In this document: in pieces, positions 29,298 to 39,733 of the stretch
How the letters are laid out: every line of letters begins with the position of its first letter
Position numbering within the stretch: the stretch's first letter is position 1
NCBI GenBank assembly: GCA_037128705.1
Contig: JBAXVX010000002.1
Location: 78,361-142,360, forward strand
DNA: 64,000 nt
From: Bacteroidota bacterium
GTDB taxonomy: Bacteria > Bacteroidota > Bacteroidia > Bacteroidales > FEN-979
Direction: 5' to 3'
Notes under the pieces: model-generated
The model's input: only the letters and a program-made list of their open reading frames with translations
What the model was told of the DNA's origin: nothing
Database searches by the model: none
Position numbers and translations under genes: made by a program

Positions 29298-30551
29298 ATG
29301 AAAACAAACAAGATCATTTCGTCCTATTTATTGGTGCTTATATTATTTGCAGGTTTTCTTACGCTGCTTCCGGGCTGCAAAAAAGAGGAACCCACCCCCG
29401 TTCAACCTGAAGTTACCTGGCAGTATATCGAAACTTACGATCTGCAGAAACTGAATCATATCCTGAACGTGGAACTTGAGGATTTCCTGGCGACTTCAAC
29501 CATGCATATGGCCGATTTCCAGGGCCAGTTTGCAGTACCGGCATACCCTGTTAAATTATACCGGGTAACCTATCCCACGGTAGTTCCTGAACTCGGCATC
29601 CCCACGGTGGCTTCCGGACTGGTGGCCATTCCCGACAACGGGCTGGATTCCATGCCTGTCATCTCCTATCAGCATGGAACTGTTGCGGCCAAGACTGCAT
29701 GCCCATCCTACCCCGATTCATCGCTGGAAACCAGCCTGATGATCGCGCAGTTTGCCTCCCAGGGCTATATCGTGATCGCAGCCGATTTCATTGGTCTCGG
29801 AGTTTCAGACCAACCCCATGCAGATTTCGTCAGACTCAGCACAGAACAAGCCTGCATCGACATGCTGAATGCAGCCGATAAGGTTCTTAAAGAACAGAAA
29901 ATCAGGAAGGGGCCCCTGTTCCTGCATGGCTGGTCGCAGGGAGGATGGGCCTCCATGACCTTTCTGAGGAAGCTGGAGGCGATGAACATTCCTGTGAAGG
30001 CTGCATCAACAGCCTGCGCTGTTGCCGACTTTTTCCCCCATATGGATCGCTGGATCAACGATCCCCAACCCGGCGATTCTCCGGCTCTGCCGGGTGTGGT
30101 TGCCAATTGTATTTTCGCGAGCGCATACTACAACGGGCTGACAAGCATTCCTTCCTATGCAATCAAGCCTGAATATTTGCAAGCTTCAAAAGATCTTTTC
30201 GAGTGGAAGATGGATCTGAATACCTTCCTTTTAAAAACCACTATACATGTCAGGGATTTACTGCGGCCAGAATTCCTGTCGCCTGGAAATACCGGAAGTG
30301 TTCCATTCTGGAAGATCCTCGAGCAGGCCCAGTCTTACCGCTGGCAATGTCAAACCCCGCTCAGGATGTATTATGGCGAGGTCGATAATATCGTCCCTGT
30401 ATTTCTCGCCACGCTGCCGGCAGCTTATCAGAATCAACTGGGCTGCAATACCATGGCCATTTCGACAGGAGCCACATCTGATCACAGAGCCGGTTATATT
30501 TACTCCCTTATTCACGTGAAGCCATGGTTCGATGAATTTTTGAAAAAGTAA
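29298..30551 (+). CDS. alpha/beta hydrolase lipoprotein (secretory-lipase-like), copy 1
   Basis: Lipobox LLPGC and the nucleophile elbow HGWSQGG. Confidence 0.65.
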   Translation: MKTNKIISSYLLVLILFAGFLTLLPGCKKEEPTPVQPEVTWQYIETYDLQKLNHILNVELEDFLATSTMHMADFQGQFAVPAYPVKLYRVTYPTVVPELGIPTVASGLVAIPDNGLDSMPVISYQHGTVAAKTACPSYPDSSLETSLMIAQFASQGYIVIAADFIGLGVSDQPHADFVRLSTEQACIDMLNAADKVLKEQKIRKGPLFLHGWSQGGWASMTFLRKLEAMNIPVKAASTACAVADFFPHMDRWINDPQPGDSPALPGVVANCIFASAYYNGLTSIPSYAIKPEYLQASKDLFEWKMDLNTFLLKTTIHVRDLLRPEFLSPGNTGSVPFWKILEQAQSYRWQCQTPLRMYYGEVDNIVPVFLATLPAAYQNQLGCNTMAISTGATSDHRAGYIYSLIHVKPWFDEFLKK

Positions 30552-30564
30552 AAGCAAAAGCCTT

Positions 30565-31701
30565 ATGAAACAGTTTTACACAAACCGGAATTACCCATTC
30601 ATCATCGCAATTTGGTTTGTCATCCTTCTTTCCACCAGCTGCAAAAAAGATGATACGGTTGCCGACCCCAACCAGGCGACAATCGACCGCCTGAAGCTGG
30701 CGGCTGATTCAGTGATAAAGAACACTACGATACCCGGCCTTGTGGCCCTGGTGGTCGACCACCAGAAGGGAATCAACTGGCTTTATGCCGCCGGGGTCAG
30801 CAATACCCAGACCAAAGCGCCCATGGATGTCAATCATACATTCAGGATTGCCAGCAATACCAAAACATTTACAGGCACGGTACTGCTGCAGCTGGTCGAT
30901 GAAGGGAAGATCAGGCTGAACGATAAACTGTCGGAATATTTTCCCCAGTATCCCAAATCGGACAGCATCACCATAAAGATGCTCTGTAACATGAGCAGCG
31001 GCATTAATGCTTATGAAACCGATGAATGGATGAATGCAGTGAAGGCAAACCCTTTAAGGGAGTGGGCCCCCGGTGAACTTGCCGACTTCGCATTTTCCCA
31101 GCCTTTTCTTTTCAGTCCCGGAACCGGTTATCAATACATTAATTCAAACACAATCATCCTGGGCATGATCATAGAACAGGTAACCGGCAACACACTCGAA
31201 TCAGAGATTACCAACCGCATCATCAACCCGCTTCAACTCACCAACACGGCATTTCATACCAGCGGAACCGATCTTCCGGGAAACCATGGCCGGGGTTATG
31301 ACTTCGAGGAATTTGGTATGACCGGGGATGTAACGGAGTCGTATGATCTTTCGATGATGTGGGCGGCTGGTTCGGTTCACAGCACCCCGCGTGAATTGCA
31401 GGCCTATGTCGAGGCCCTTGTGAAAGGAAGGTTCCTGTCGGACACCCTGCAGCAGAGAAGGCTGAACGACATGATTACAACCAGCACGATCAGTAAATAC
31501 GGATTATGCCTTGCCAGGCTGACATCTTTTTACGGCCACAACGGCGAGGTTTGGGGTTACACATCATCCATGTGGCACAGCCCAAAGCACGACTGCACCA
31601 TCATCATCTATTACAATTGCGATCGCATATCAATATACAATCCTGATAATCTCGCCGGAAAATTCTTAATCATTCTTTATGGAAGCATTGATAACGCCTG
31701 A
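30565..31701 (+). CDS. beta-lactamase-fold serine hydrolase lipoprotein
   Basis: Lipobox LSTSC, the SxxK motif ASNTKTFT and the YxN-like YINSN. Confidence 0.75.
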   Translation: MKQFYTNRNYPFIIAIWFVILLSTSCKKDDTVADPNQATIDRLKLAADSVIKNTTIPGLVALVVDHQKGINWLYAAGVSNTQTKAPMDVNHTFRIASNTKTFTGTVLLQLVDEGKIRLNDKLSEYFPQYPKSDSITIKMLCNMSSGINAYETDEWMNAVKANPLREWAPGELADFAFSQPFLFSPGTGYQYINSNTIILGMIIEQVTGNTLESEITNRIINPLQLTNTAFHTSGTDLPGNHGRGYDFEEFGMTGDVTESYDLSMMWAAGSVHSTPRELQAYVEALVKGRFLSDTLQQRRLNDMITTSTISKYGLCLARLTSFYGHNGEVWGYTSSMWHSPKHDCTIIIYYNCDRISIYNPDNLAGKFLIILYGSIDNA

Positions 31702-31882
31702 TTGTTCGAGATGATCTCCTGATCCTCACAATCAGTAACAACTTAGAATCAATACACCATGAAAAACTCATCATCATTCTGTTTTCAGGCATCATCCTGC
31801 TTGCCTGGGGCTGTAAGTAAGGCGAACATGAGAATATCAGCGGGTCTTCCTCTCATATTTTTAAAAGTATCATCATAAAAAA

Positions 31883-33151
31883 ATGATCCCAATGAACGTG
31901 AAATTATTTACCATTAGAAAGAACCTGCTTCCACTCATTGCAGCAAACCTGCTTGTTATCCTTGTTATCAGTTCCTGCAGAAAAGAGTGCCCCGCCCCGG
32001 CAGAGCCTGTAGTGACCTGGGAGTATATCGAAACCTATGACCTGCCTAAGCTCAATCATATCCTGAATGTGGAACTAGAGGAGTTCCTGGTGGGTTCGAC
32101 CATGAAGGCTTCCGATTTCCAGGGTCAGTTTGCAACGCCGAAATACCCTGTGAAATTATACCGGGTAACCTATCCCACAATGGTTCCTGAACTCGGCATA
32201 CCCACAGTGGCTTCCGGCCTGGTGGCCATCCCCGACAACGGACTCGATTCCATGCCCGTCGTCTCGTATCAGCATGGAACTGTGATGCTCAAGACTGCCT
32301 GCCCTTCCAACCCCGATTCATCGCTGGAAACAAGGCTGATGATCGCGCAGTTTGCCTCCCGGGGATATATCGTGATTGGCCCCGATTTCATTGGTCTCGG
32401 AGTTTCAGATCAGCCCCATGCGGATTTCGTCAGACTTACCACTGAACAAGCCTGCATTGACATGCTGAATGCAACCGATAAGGTTCTTAAAGAACAGAAA
32501 ATCAGGAGAGGGACCCTGTTCCTGCATGGCTGGTCACAGGGAGGTTGGGCCACCATGACCTTTCTGAGGAGGCTGGAAGCCATGAACATCCGCGTTACGG
32601 CTGCATCAACAGCCTGCGCCGCTGCCGACTTTTTCGCTTTAATGGATCGCTGGATCAACAATCCCCAGCCCGGCGATTCTCCGATTTTGCCGGCCATTAT
32701 AGCCACCTGCCTCTTTTCATACGAATATTACAACCAGTTGAATGGCCTTGCCTCCTCTGCCATCAGGCCCGAATTTTTCCAGGCTTCCAAGGATCTCTAC
32801 TGCTGGAAAATGGATTATATAACATTCCTGACAAAAACGACAATGAATGTGAGGGAGTTACTGCGACCTGAGTTCATGTCGACCGGAAATACCGGAAGCA
32901 CTCCATTCTGGCAGGTCCTCGAGCAGGCCCAGGCTTACCGCTGGCGTTGCCAGACCCCATTGAGAATGTATTATGGCGAGGTCGATGTGATCATCCCGCT
33001 ATATTTCTCCACGCTGCCGGCAGCTTATCAGAATCAATTGGGCTGCAATACCATGGCCATTTCGGCAGGAGCCATAGCTGATCACAGCGCCGCCTATGTT
33101 TACTCCATTATTCATGCAAAACCATGGTTTGATGAATTTTTGAAAAAATAA
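31883..33151 (+). CDS. alpha/beta hydrolase lipoprotein (secretory-lipase-like), copy 2
   Basis: Aligns without gaps to the 29298-30551 product over the mature protein, with most residues identical. Same HGWSQGG elbow and same C-terminus KPWFDEFLKK. Confidence 0.65.
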   Translation: MIPMNVKLFTIRKNLLPLIAANLLVILVISSCRKECPAPAEPVVTWEYIETYDLPKLNHILNVELEEFLVGSTMKASDFQGQFATPKYPVKLYRVTYPTMVPELGIPTVASGLVAIPDNGLDSMPVVSYQHGTVMLKTACPSNPDSSLETRLMIAQFASRGYIVIGPDFIGLGVSDQPHADFVRLTTEQACIDMLNATDKVLKEQKIRRGTLFLHGWSQGGWATMTFLRRLEAMNIRVTAASTACAAADFFALMDRWINNPQPGDSPILPAIIATCLFSYEYYNQLNGLASSAIRPEFFQASKDLYCWKMDYITFLTKTTMNVRELLRPEFMSTGNTGSTPFWQVLEQAQAYRWRCQTPLRMYYGEVDVIIPLYFSTLPAAYQNQLGCNTMAISAGAIADHSAAYVYSIIHAKPWFDEFLKK

Positions 33152-33421
33152 AAGCATACCAGGATAAGTATAATGGCTGGGTTCGCTTGGAAAAACCTTT
33201 CAGTTCAAACTGTATGCAGATTGCTGGCACACCCCCATGTTTAGCAACACGCAGCAATATATTGATGACATAAAGAAGTTTATTGACGGTTTATGAAATT
33301 TATGTGATCATTGAAAAATTAATTATTAGCCCATGAAAAATATCCGACCATTCACCGGGAAGCCCGCCGTTTCTGATGGCCGGGAAAAAGAGGCGGTTGA
33401 AATGAGAGAGGGACCGGAACT

Positions 33422-35704
33422 TTAAACTTTAATACAATACATCAGATATACCCCGTTCTCATTTTCTATCCCATGCGTTTCATGTTCAAAACCGGGAAAC
33501 CGGTTATCAAAATCCTGGAGGGTTTTCAGATAGGCTAAAACCGGACCATTCAGCGACCCGGTGCGTTCGCCACCCATGAGCAACGGAATTCCCGGGGGAT
33601 AGGGAACAATGCCCCCGGCCATGATGCGTCCCTGGGCCTGTTCAAGGGAAACCCTTTCCACATTGTTTTTCACAAGATGCCGGTATGCTTCGGCCGGGGT
33701 CATCACCGGTTCAGGCAGGAACGAAAATGCTTCATCCAGCAGCTGCAGCTGCCTTGAATCACGCTTGAATTCATGCATCTCATGCGCAAGCATGGGCAAA
33801 GATTTTCCGCCGTAAATCGCGGGATGTTTTTCAACCAGGTCGGGAAAAACATCCTCCAGCATGGCATTTTCATCATACAGGGTTTTGAAACTGAAGAATC
33901 TTGTAGTCAGGGTTCCCCACTTTCCCTTGGTAATCCCCATGGAGAAGAGGAATAACACGCTGTAATCGCCCGATTTTTCAATGACGATTCCTTCGCAATC
34001 CAGGTATTTGACCAGTAAGGCGGCGGGTATTCCCCATGACGAGAGGGAGCCATCCCGCTCCACGCCCGGTGTTAGCACCGTTACTTTAATGGGATCCAGC
34101 ATGGCGTAACCCTCATCGATGTCGCCGAAACCATGCCAGCTTTCGTTCGGATGCAGAACCCAGCATGAGGAATCCTTTGCCAGTAATTCTATCGGGGCAT
34201 CGGCAAAACTGATGCGCTTCCCCGTAGCCTGATTGGTGACCTCATCGGGCTGCCACATCTCAAACCACCAGTCGTTGATATTTTCGCTCATAATCTTCCT
34301 TCGTATCCTTGCCATCGTGGTACGGAAGGTAACAGCCTCCATGATACATTCATCGGTAAGGGCTTTGCCCATCGGCCCCTCCATCATCTTTGCCGAAACA
34401 TCACAGGAGGCAATGATGGCATAGGAGGGTGAGGTGGAGGTATGCATCATGAAGGATTCATTGAACCGGTTGTGCTCGATGGGCTGACGCCCCTCTTTGA
34501 CATGGACCATCGAGGCCTGCGAAATGGCTGCCAGCAACTTATGGGTTGATTGCGATACAAAAACAGTGGGTGCATCGGGATCCCTCGCCCCATCCCTCAT
34601 TCCGTAACGGTTGTTGTATATCGGGTTGAACCTGGCATAAGCGTACCAGGCCTCATCAAAATGCAGCCTGGAAACTACTTCACCCAGCATTTTTTCCACC
34701 TCCACGGCATCATAACAAATCCCGTCGTAGGTGGAATTTGTCACGACGGCATATACCGGGCTTGCTGCCTTGTCGCGGACCAGGGGGCATTCGCTGATCT
34801 TTTTCCGGATGGTTTCGGCGTTCATCTGCTCCTTACGGATGGGTCCGATGATACCCAGGTGATTCCTGACCGGGACCATCCATACCGGCCGCGAACCGGT
34901 GAGTATGGCTGAGTGTTCCAGTGATTTATGGCAGTTCCGGTCAATGAGCACCACATCGCCCTCCACGGCGCAGGCCATGAAAATGATTTTATTTGCAGTG
35001 GAGGTCCCGTTTGTGACATAGTAGGTACGGTCGGCACCGAACACCTTTGCAGCAAATCGTTCCCCCGCTCCAATCGACCCTGAATGATCGAGAAGGGAAC
35101 CCAGTTCTCCCACTGAAATGGAGAGGTCGGACCGGAATAACTGTTCGCCAAAGAAATTATAAAAGATCCGCCCGGCCGGTGATTTCAGAAAAGCGGTGCC
35201 ACCGGTATGACCCGGAGTATGCCAGGAATACTCAAAATCGTCGGCAAAGTTGACCAGCGCTTCGAAAAAAGGCGGGAGCAGGCGGTTCCGGTACCTGCGG
35301 GCGGCCGCTTCAACACGCCCGGCAATAAAATCACGGGTATCTTCAAGGATCCAGAAATTTTCGGAGATGATCCTTTCAATTTCCAGCGGGATCGTCATCA
35401 GCACCTCAGGCCGTATCGATAAAAAAATCGGGATCTCATGGTTTCTGCTCCTGATGTTCAGTATAAGTTGTTTTGCCAGGTTGCGGTTCTCGGCGACCAC
35501 CGGGTCCCAGTCCACAATCACAGCGTCCAGTTCCGGTAGCCTGATAATGCCCGACAAGGCCGTTTCAAATGATTTCCATTCCGTCACAATGATTTCGATC
35601 TCGTTCATCTTTTTGATCAGCTCATGCATGGCATGCCCGTCGGGAGTGTCTTTGCATAATTCGTCATCCACGATGGCGATGTTCAGTTTTTCGTACAGAT
35701 ACAT
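33422..35704 (-). CDS. Orn/Lys/Arg decarboxylase, large inducible (AdiA/CadA/SpeF-like) type
   Basis: 760 aa with an N-terminal receiver-like wing domain. PLP-lysine motif SQSTHKLL, plus a conserved C-terminal domain. Confidence 0.85.
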   Translation of the reverse strand: MYLYEKLNIAIVDDELCKDTPDGHAMHELIKKMNEIEIIVTEWKSFETALSGIIRLPELDAVIVDWDPVVAENRNLAKQLILNIRSRNHEIPIFLSIRPEVLMTIPLEIERIISENFWILEDTRDFIAGRVEAAARRYRNRLLPPFFEALVNFADDFEYSWHTPGHTGGTAFLKSPAGRIFYNFFGEQLFRSDLSISVGELGSLLDHSGSIGAGERFAAKVFGADRTYYVTNGTSTANKIIFMACAVEGDVVLIDRNCHKSLEHSAILTGSRPVWMVPVRNHLGIIGPIRKEQMNAETIRKKISECPLVRDKAASPVYAVVTNSTYDGICYDAVEVEKMLGEVVSRLHFDEAWYAYARFNPIYNNRYGMRDGARDPDAPTVFVSQSTHKLLAAISQASMVHVKEGRQPIEHNRFNESFMMHTSTSPSYAIIASCDVSAKMMEGPMGKALTDECIMEAVTFRTTMARIRRKIMSENINDWWFEMWQPDEVTNQATGKRISFADAPIELLAKDSSCWVLHPNESWHGFGDIDEGYAMLDPIKVTVLTPGVERDGSLSSWGIPAALLVKYLDCEGIVIEKSGDYSVLFLFSMGITKGKWGTLTTRFFSFKTLYDENAMLEDVFPDLVEKHPAIYGGKSLPMLAHEMHEFKRDSRQLQLLDEAFSFLPEPVMTPAEAYRHLVKNNVERVSLEQAQGRIMAGGIVPYPPGIPLLMGGERTGSLNGPVLAYLKTLQDFDNRFPGFEHETHGIENENGVYLMYCIKV

Positions 35705-35813
35705 GATTCCTCCTTTGTTGTTTGGTAAACCAAATGAAAATACGGGTTCAGCTAATACTTCTTAGTAAAATTAATTAAATTATGGTAATACCTTTGTACG
35801 CCAATTCACAAGT

Positions 35814-36266
35814 ATGAAGTTAAGGATTAAAGAATGGATCAGGCGATATGCCTGGGCAGAGGTATTCAGCACCCTCCTTACTTTTCTCTTCGGATGGGTC
35901 GCATCCGGTGTTACGAAGAACCCTGTATTTATGGCCTATGCAGGTACAATTGGCGCTGCAACCGGGTTTTACGGTTTCATCTTCATCAAGGATATCAGCA
36001 GCAGTTATTTAAAACATGAACCGGATACGGTCCGCGCAAAATCCCTGCTTGTGGTGGCGTGCTTACGGAATATGGGATTTGAATTCGGCCTTGCTGAACT
36101 GCTCGATTTTTTTCTGGTCCGTCCCTTCTGTTTACTCTACGGGCCTGTCATTTTGAATAACTATTTTTGGGGGATCCTTGCCGGGAAGACCATCGCGGAT
36201 ATCATCTTTTTTGCCCTTTCCATTCTCATGTTCGAGATCCGGAAAAAACATTTTCACTGGTTCTGA
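35814..36266 (+). CDS. hypothetical small membrane protein
   Basis: Four hydrophobic segments. Divergent from the decarboxylase gene. Confidence 0.4.
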   Translation: MKLRIKEWIRRYAWAEVFSTLLTFLFGWVASGVTKNPVFMAYAGTIGAATGFYGFIFIKDISSSYLKHEPDTVRAKSLLVVACLRNMGFEFGLAELLDFFLVRPFCLLYGPVILNNYFWGILAGKTIADIIFFALSILMFEIRKKHFHWF

Positions 36267-36356
36267 CATTGGTTTTCTCTCTGAGGATTTTTTTCGGGCG
36301 GGTTTGAACTTCTGACCGGGAAAAAACTATATTTGTTATATCATTGAGAATTCTCC

Positions 36357-37292
36357 ATGTACTCCTTTTCCGGTAAGCTGATGACACCCGTTAAAACCGT
36401 TTTTGGACTCATCCTTCTTCTGGCGTTTGCAATTTCCTGTACCGATAAAAGGAAAAGTCTCGAACAATACGAGTTCGACGAAACAAAAAAACTGGTGGCT
36501 TTTGTTGAAGATGCGGCCGACCTCATACAGGTTAAAGGGATTGCTGCATTCCGTGATTTCGCCCGGAAGAACAGCACATGGCAGAGCGGCAACAGATACC
36601 TGTTTGCTTATAACCTGGACGGGACCTGTATTTTTCACCCGGTTTCACCGGAGCTGATCGGGAGGAATATCATCAATATGAAAGACCTGAACGGGAAACC
36701 AGTGATTGGGGAGATCGTACAGATTGCCTCCAACACGGAACATCCCTACGGATGGGTTCATTATCTCTGGATGGAACCGGGTGAGATCTATCCCGAATAT
36801 AAAAGCTCCTACATCATGCGGGTAACCGACCCGGCCGGGCATGTCTTTGCCATTGGCAGCGGGAATTACAACCAGAAGGCTGAAAAGATCTTTGTTTCCG
36901 ACATGGTCGATTCGGCATGCATCCAACTGAAGAGAACAGGGCTGGATATGATCCCTCAGTTCCTTGATAAGTCGGGGAAATATACCTTCTATGACTCTTA
37001 CATCTTTATCCTTGATGAAAAGGGGACGGCCCTTGTTGATCCGTCGTTCCCAAGCCTGAGCGGCCGTAAACTGGTGAATCTGAAAGATGCCATTGGCAAA
37101 CCCATTGTATTGGAGATGATCGAGAAGCTGACAACAAAGCAAACGGCATGGCTTTCTTACATGTCGAAGAGCCCCGATGAGAACAAACCGGTCAAAAAAC
37201 TCGCTTACATCCGAAAGATTTACATCAACAATAAAGGCTATATCGTCGGATCTTCCATCCGGCTCGAAAAACCGGTATGGCTTAAGATCTGA
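36357..37292 (+). CDS. Cache-domain lipoprotein (extracytoplasmic ligand-binding)
   Basis: Lipobox AISC and two Cache_2-like halves (GTCIFHP...MKDLNGKP and GTALVDP...LKDAIGKP). Confidence 0.6.
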   Translation: MYSFSGKLMTPVKTVFGLILLLAFAISCTDKRKSLEQYEFDETKKLVAFVEDAADLIQVKGIAAFRDFARKNSTWQSGNRYLFAYNLDGTCIFHPVSPELIGRNIINMKDLNGKPVIGEIVQIASNTEHPYGWVHYLWMEPGEIYPEYKSSYIMRVTDPAGHVFAIGSGNYNQKAEKIFVSDMVDSACIQLKRTGLDMIPQFLDKSGKYTFYDSYIFILDEKGTALVDPSFPSLSGRKLVNLKDAIGKPIVLEMIEKLTTKQTAWLSYMSKSPDENKPVKKLAYIRKIYINNKGYIVGSSIRLEKPVWLKI

Positions 37293-37309
37293 TCTCAAAA
37301 CAAGGCAGC

Positions 37310-38671
37310 ATGGCTACACCTCCAAAAGGCATGATCTATGGCGTTGATGACAAACCACCTTTCTTTGTCACGATTTTGCTTGGATTACAGCATATTTTCA
37401 CCATGTCAAGCATGCTGGTGCTCCCGGTCGTGATCGTCCAGGAGATCGGCGGGAGTTTCCTGGAGATAAACAGCGTGGTATCTTTTTCTATGATTGCAGC
37501 CGGTTTTGGGACGATCCTCCAGTCTTTGAAAAGAGGCCCCATCGGATCGGGTTACCTCTGCCCGAATCTCTGCGGCCCGTCGTACATGGCAGTCTCCCTT
37601 GAAGCGGGCTGGCTGGGTGGACTGCCGTTAATGCATGGCATGATCATGTTGTCGGGACTGGCCGAGATGGCGTTCGCACAGGTCATCCCCAAACTGAAGA
37701 AACTCTTTCCCCCGGAGATTACCGGACTGGTTGTCATCATGGTTGGCGTCGCACTGATCCCGCTGGGGGTATCAAGATTCATTGGTGTGGAATACTCCGG
37801 CGACTCGATCGAACCGCCCAAGATTATCATTGCATGCATCACCCTGTGTGTGATGATTGGACTCAACATCTGGGGCAAAGGCAAAATCAGGCTTTACGGC
37901 GTGCTCATCGGCATCATTGTGGGATATCTCCTCTCCCTGGCCGTAGGCCTGATCGGCTCAGCTGAAATAAAACAGGTATCGCAGACCCCTCTTTTTTCAT
38001 TGCCCGGCCAGGGTGTGAAAATGTTCAGGTATGCCTTCGATCCCTCGCTCATCATTCCCTTTATCCTGATCTCGATCATCCAGTGTCTGAAATCGTTCGG
38101 GAACATCATCACCTGCCAGAAACTCAGTGATGACGACTGGAAGGAACCTGACTTGAAAAACGTGGGTAAAGGATTGATGGCTTCGGGTATCAGTGTCTTT
38201 ACCTGCGGACTCCTGGGCGGGGTGGCCACCGACACTTCAGCAAGCAACGTGGGGCTTTCGGCTGCAACCGGCGCAAACAGCAGGGTCATTGCCTGGAGCG
38301 CAGGAGGGATCTTCATCCTTCTGGGATTTCTGCCGAAAATGGCTGCATTGTTCACCATCATGCCTCAGCCGGTGATGGGCGCCATCGTGGTTTTTGTGAC
38401 CTGCTTTATGCTCATTTCCGGAATGCAGATCATTCTTTCCAACCCGATCTCAACACGCATGATCTTCATCATCGGGATTTCCATGATCTTTGGATTGAGT
38501 GCAGATATCTCTTCCTCGCTGTTCTTCACAGTCCCGTCATGGCTGGTGCCGATATGCTCTTCATCACTCACCGTCTCTACCCTGCTGGCCGTAATATTGA
38601 ACCAGATCTTTGTCGTCCATGACCATCAGCCGGCAAAGACAGCTGAAAAAGCTGTTAAACCGCATGCTTAG
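37310..38671 (+). CDS. NCS2/SLC23-family nucleobase (xanthine/uracil-type) permease
   Basis: N-terminus VDDKPPFFVTILLGLQHIFTM, about 13 helices and a family-typical length. Confidence 0.75.
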   Translation: MATPPKGMIYGVDDKPPFFVTILLGLQHIFTMSSMLVLPVVIVQEIGGSFLEINSVVSFSMIAAGFGTILQSLKRGPIGSGYLCPNLCGPSYMAVSLEAGWLGGLPLMHGMIMLSGLAEMAFAQVIPKLKKLFPPEITGLVVIMVGVALIPLGVSRFIGVEYSGDSIEPPKIIIACITLCVMIGLNIWGKGKIRLYGVLIGIIVGYLLSLAVGLIGSAEIKQVSQTPLFSLPGQGVKMFRYAFDPSLIIPFILISIIQCLKSFGNIITCQKLSDDDWKEPDLKNVGKGLMASGISVFTCGLLGGVATDTSASNVGLSAATGANSRVIAWSAGGIFILLGFLPKMAALFTIMPQPVMGAIVVFVTCFMLISGMQIILSNPISTRMIFIIGISMIFGLSADISSSLFFTVPSWLVPICSSSLTVSTLLAVILNQIFVVHDHQPAKTAEKAVKPHA

Positions 38672-38691
38672 GCCGGGAAGGAAAAGAAAAC

Positions 38692-39600
38692 TCATACACT
38701 CTCCATCGCCATCTTCTCGTAATAATTGTGCACGAACAGGATGGCAACGCCAAACAACACAGCCACCACTATCAGGATCGTATTTAATAACCCCTCGGCA
38801 CCAAATGACAGTTTTATCAGGATCGTGGAAATGATGAAGCCTGAATTCCTGATTACCTTATGGAATTTGTCGGTGTGTAAAAAGGAGATCAGAAGCAATA
38901 AAACATCCGTGAGAATCAGAACGGTAAAAAATTCATTGAAAAATATGGTATTGATGTCTTTGAAGGAATAGACGATCTGGTCGATTGAAAAAAAACTTCC
39001 TTGCACCCAGCGGCTTAAACCGGTGATGGCCAGGATTAAAAATATCGGGATTAAACACATGGCAATGATCTTTTTCAGCCTGATGAATCTCACGATCTCC
39101 GGCAAAAGTTGTATCTTTTTTTCCTGAACCTTCTCTTTCTGCTCATTGAGCCTGTAAAAAAGAAAAATCAAAACAAATAAAAAGATTGTTGCGATCAGGT
39201 CGTAGGTAAACTTGAGATTATTGTTTACCCTAAACCAGTCGGCCGTGAATTCCAGGTTGGCCAGGTCTTTAAAAATACCCCTGATCAGGATCAAAGTGAT
39301 GATTTCATACTGCTTCCCTATGTAGATCGTGGTTGACTTGGGCAGGTAATAGACCAGCAGGTAGACTTCGTAGATCAATATGAAAGAAAAGGGGGTATAA
39401 ATGGCAGCAATCGGATTCCTGAAAAGATTGGAGTAGTTTTTCAGTTCAATGATATTAAAATTGACCATTGCCACCAGTGTCAAATGAAGGATAAAGGTTA
39501 TGATCGCAACGGATATAATGATCACCTCACTTTTACCCCTTATTTTTTCAGAAAGAAGCCTGGAATAAAAAAAATTGAATACCGTTTCGCCTTTCGTCAT
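38692..39600 (-). CDS. hypothetical polytopic membrane protein
   Basis: AT-rich gene with 6-8 helices and no motif recognised. Confidence 0.4.
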   Translation of the reverse strand: MTKGETVFNFFYSRLLSEKIRGKSEVIIISVAIITFILHLTLVAMVNFNIIELKNYSNLFRNPIAAIYTPFSFILIYEVYLLVYYLPKSTTIYIGKQYEIITLILIRGIFKDLANLEFTADWFRVNNNLKFTYDLIATIFLFVLIFLFYRLNEQKEKVQEKKIQLLPEIVRFIRLKKIIAMCLIPIFLILAITGLSRWVQGSFFSIDQIVYSFKDINTIFFNEFFTVLILTDVLLLLISFLHTDKFHKVIRNSGFIISTILIKLSFGAEGLLNTILIVVAVLFGVAILFVHNYYEKMAMESV

Positions 39601-39733
39601 CGGTGGAACATTTTATAAGGCCATGAATACTAAAAGCATCCAAAGATACTGTTTTTATCACCGGCGAAAAAAAAGGCAAATTGAAAATCGTCAGGGGAGC
39701 TGATCCCTCCTGGCAAAGGATTGGAAAGCTTTA

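Noticed and set aside
35250-35765. A 171-aa plus-strand ORF, plus other ORFs within 33609-35422
   Set aside because: They are antisense or alternative frames of the decarboxylase gene, which has an unambiguous PLP motif and full length.
36645-37298. A 217-aa minus-strand ORF
   Set aside because: Antisense to the Cache-domain lipoprotein gene. No motifs, and the sense gene has a lipobox and duplicated Cache-like halves.
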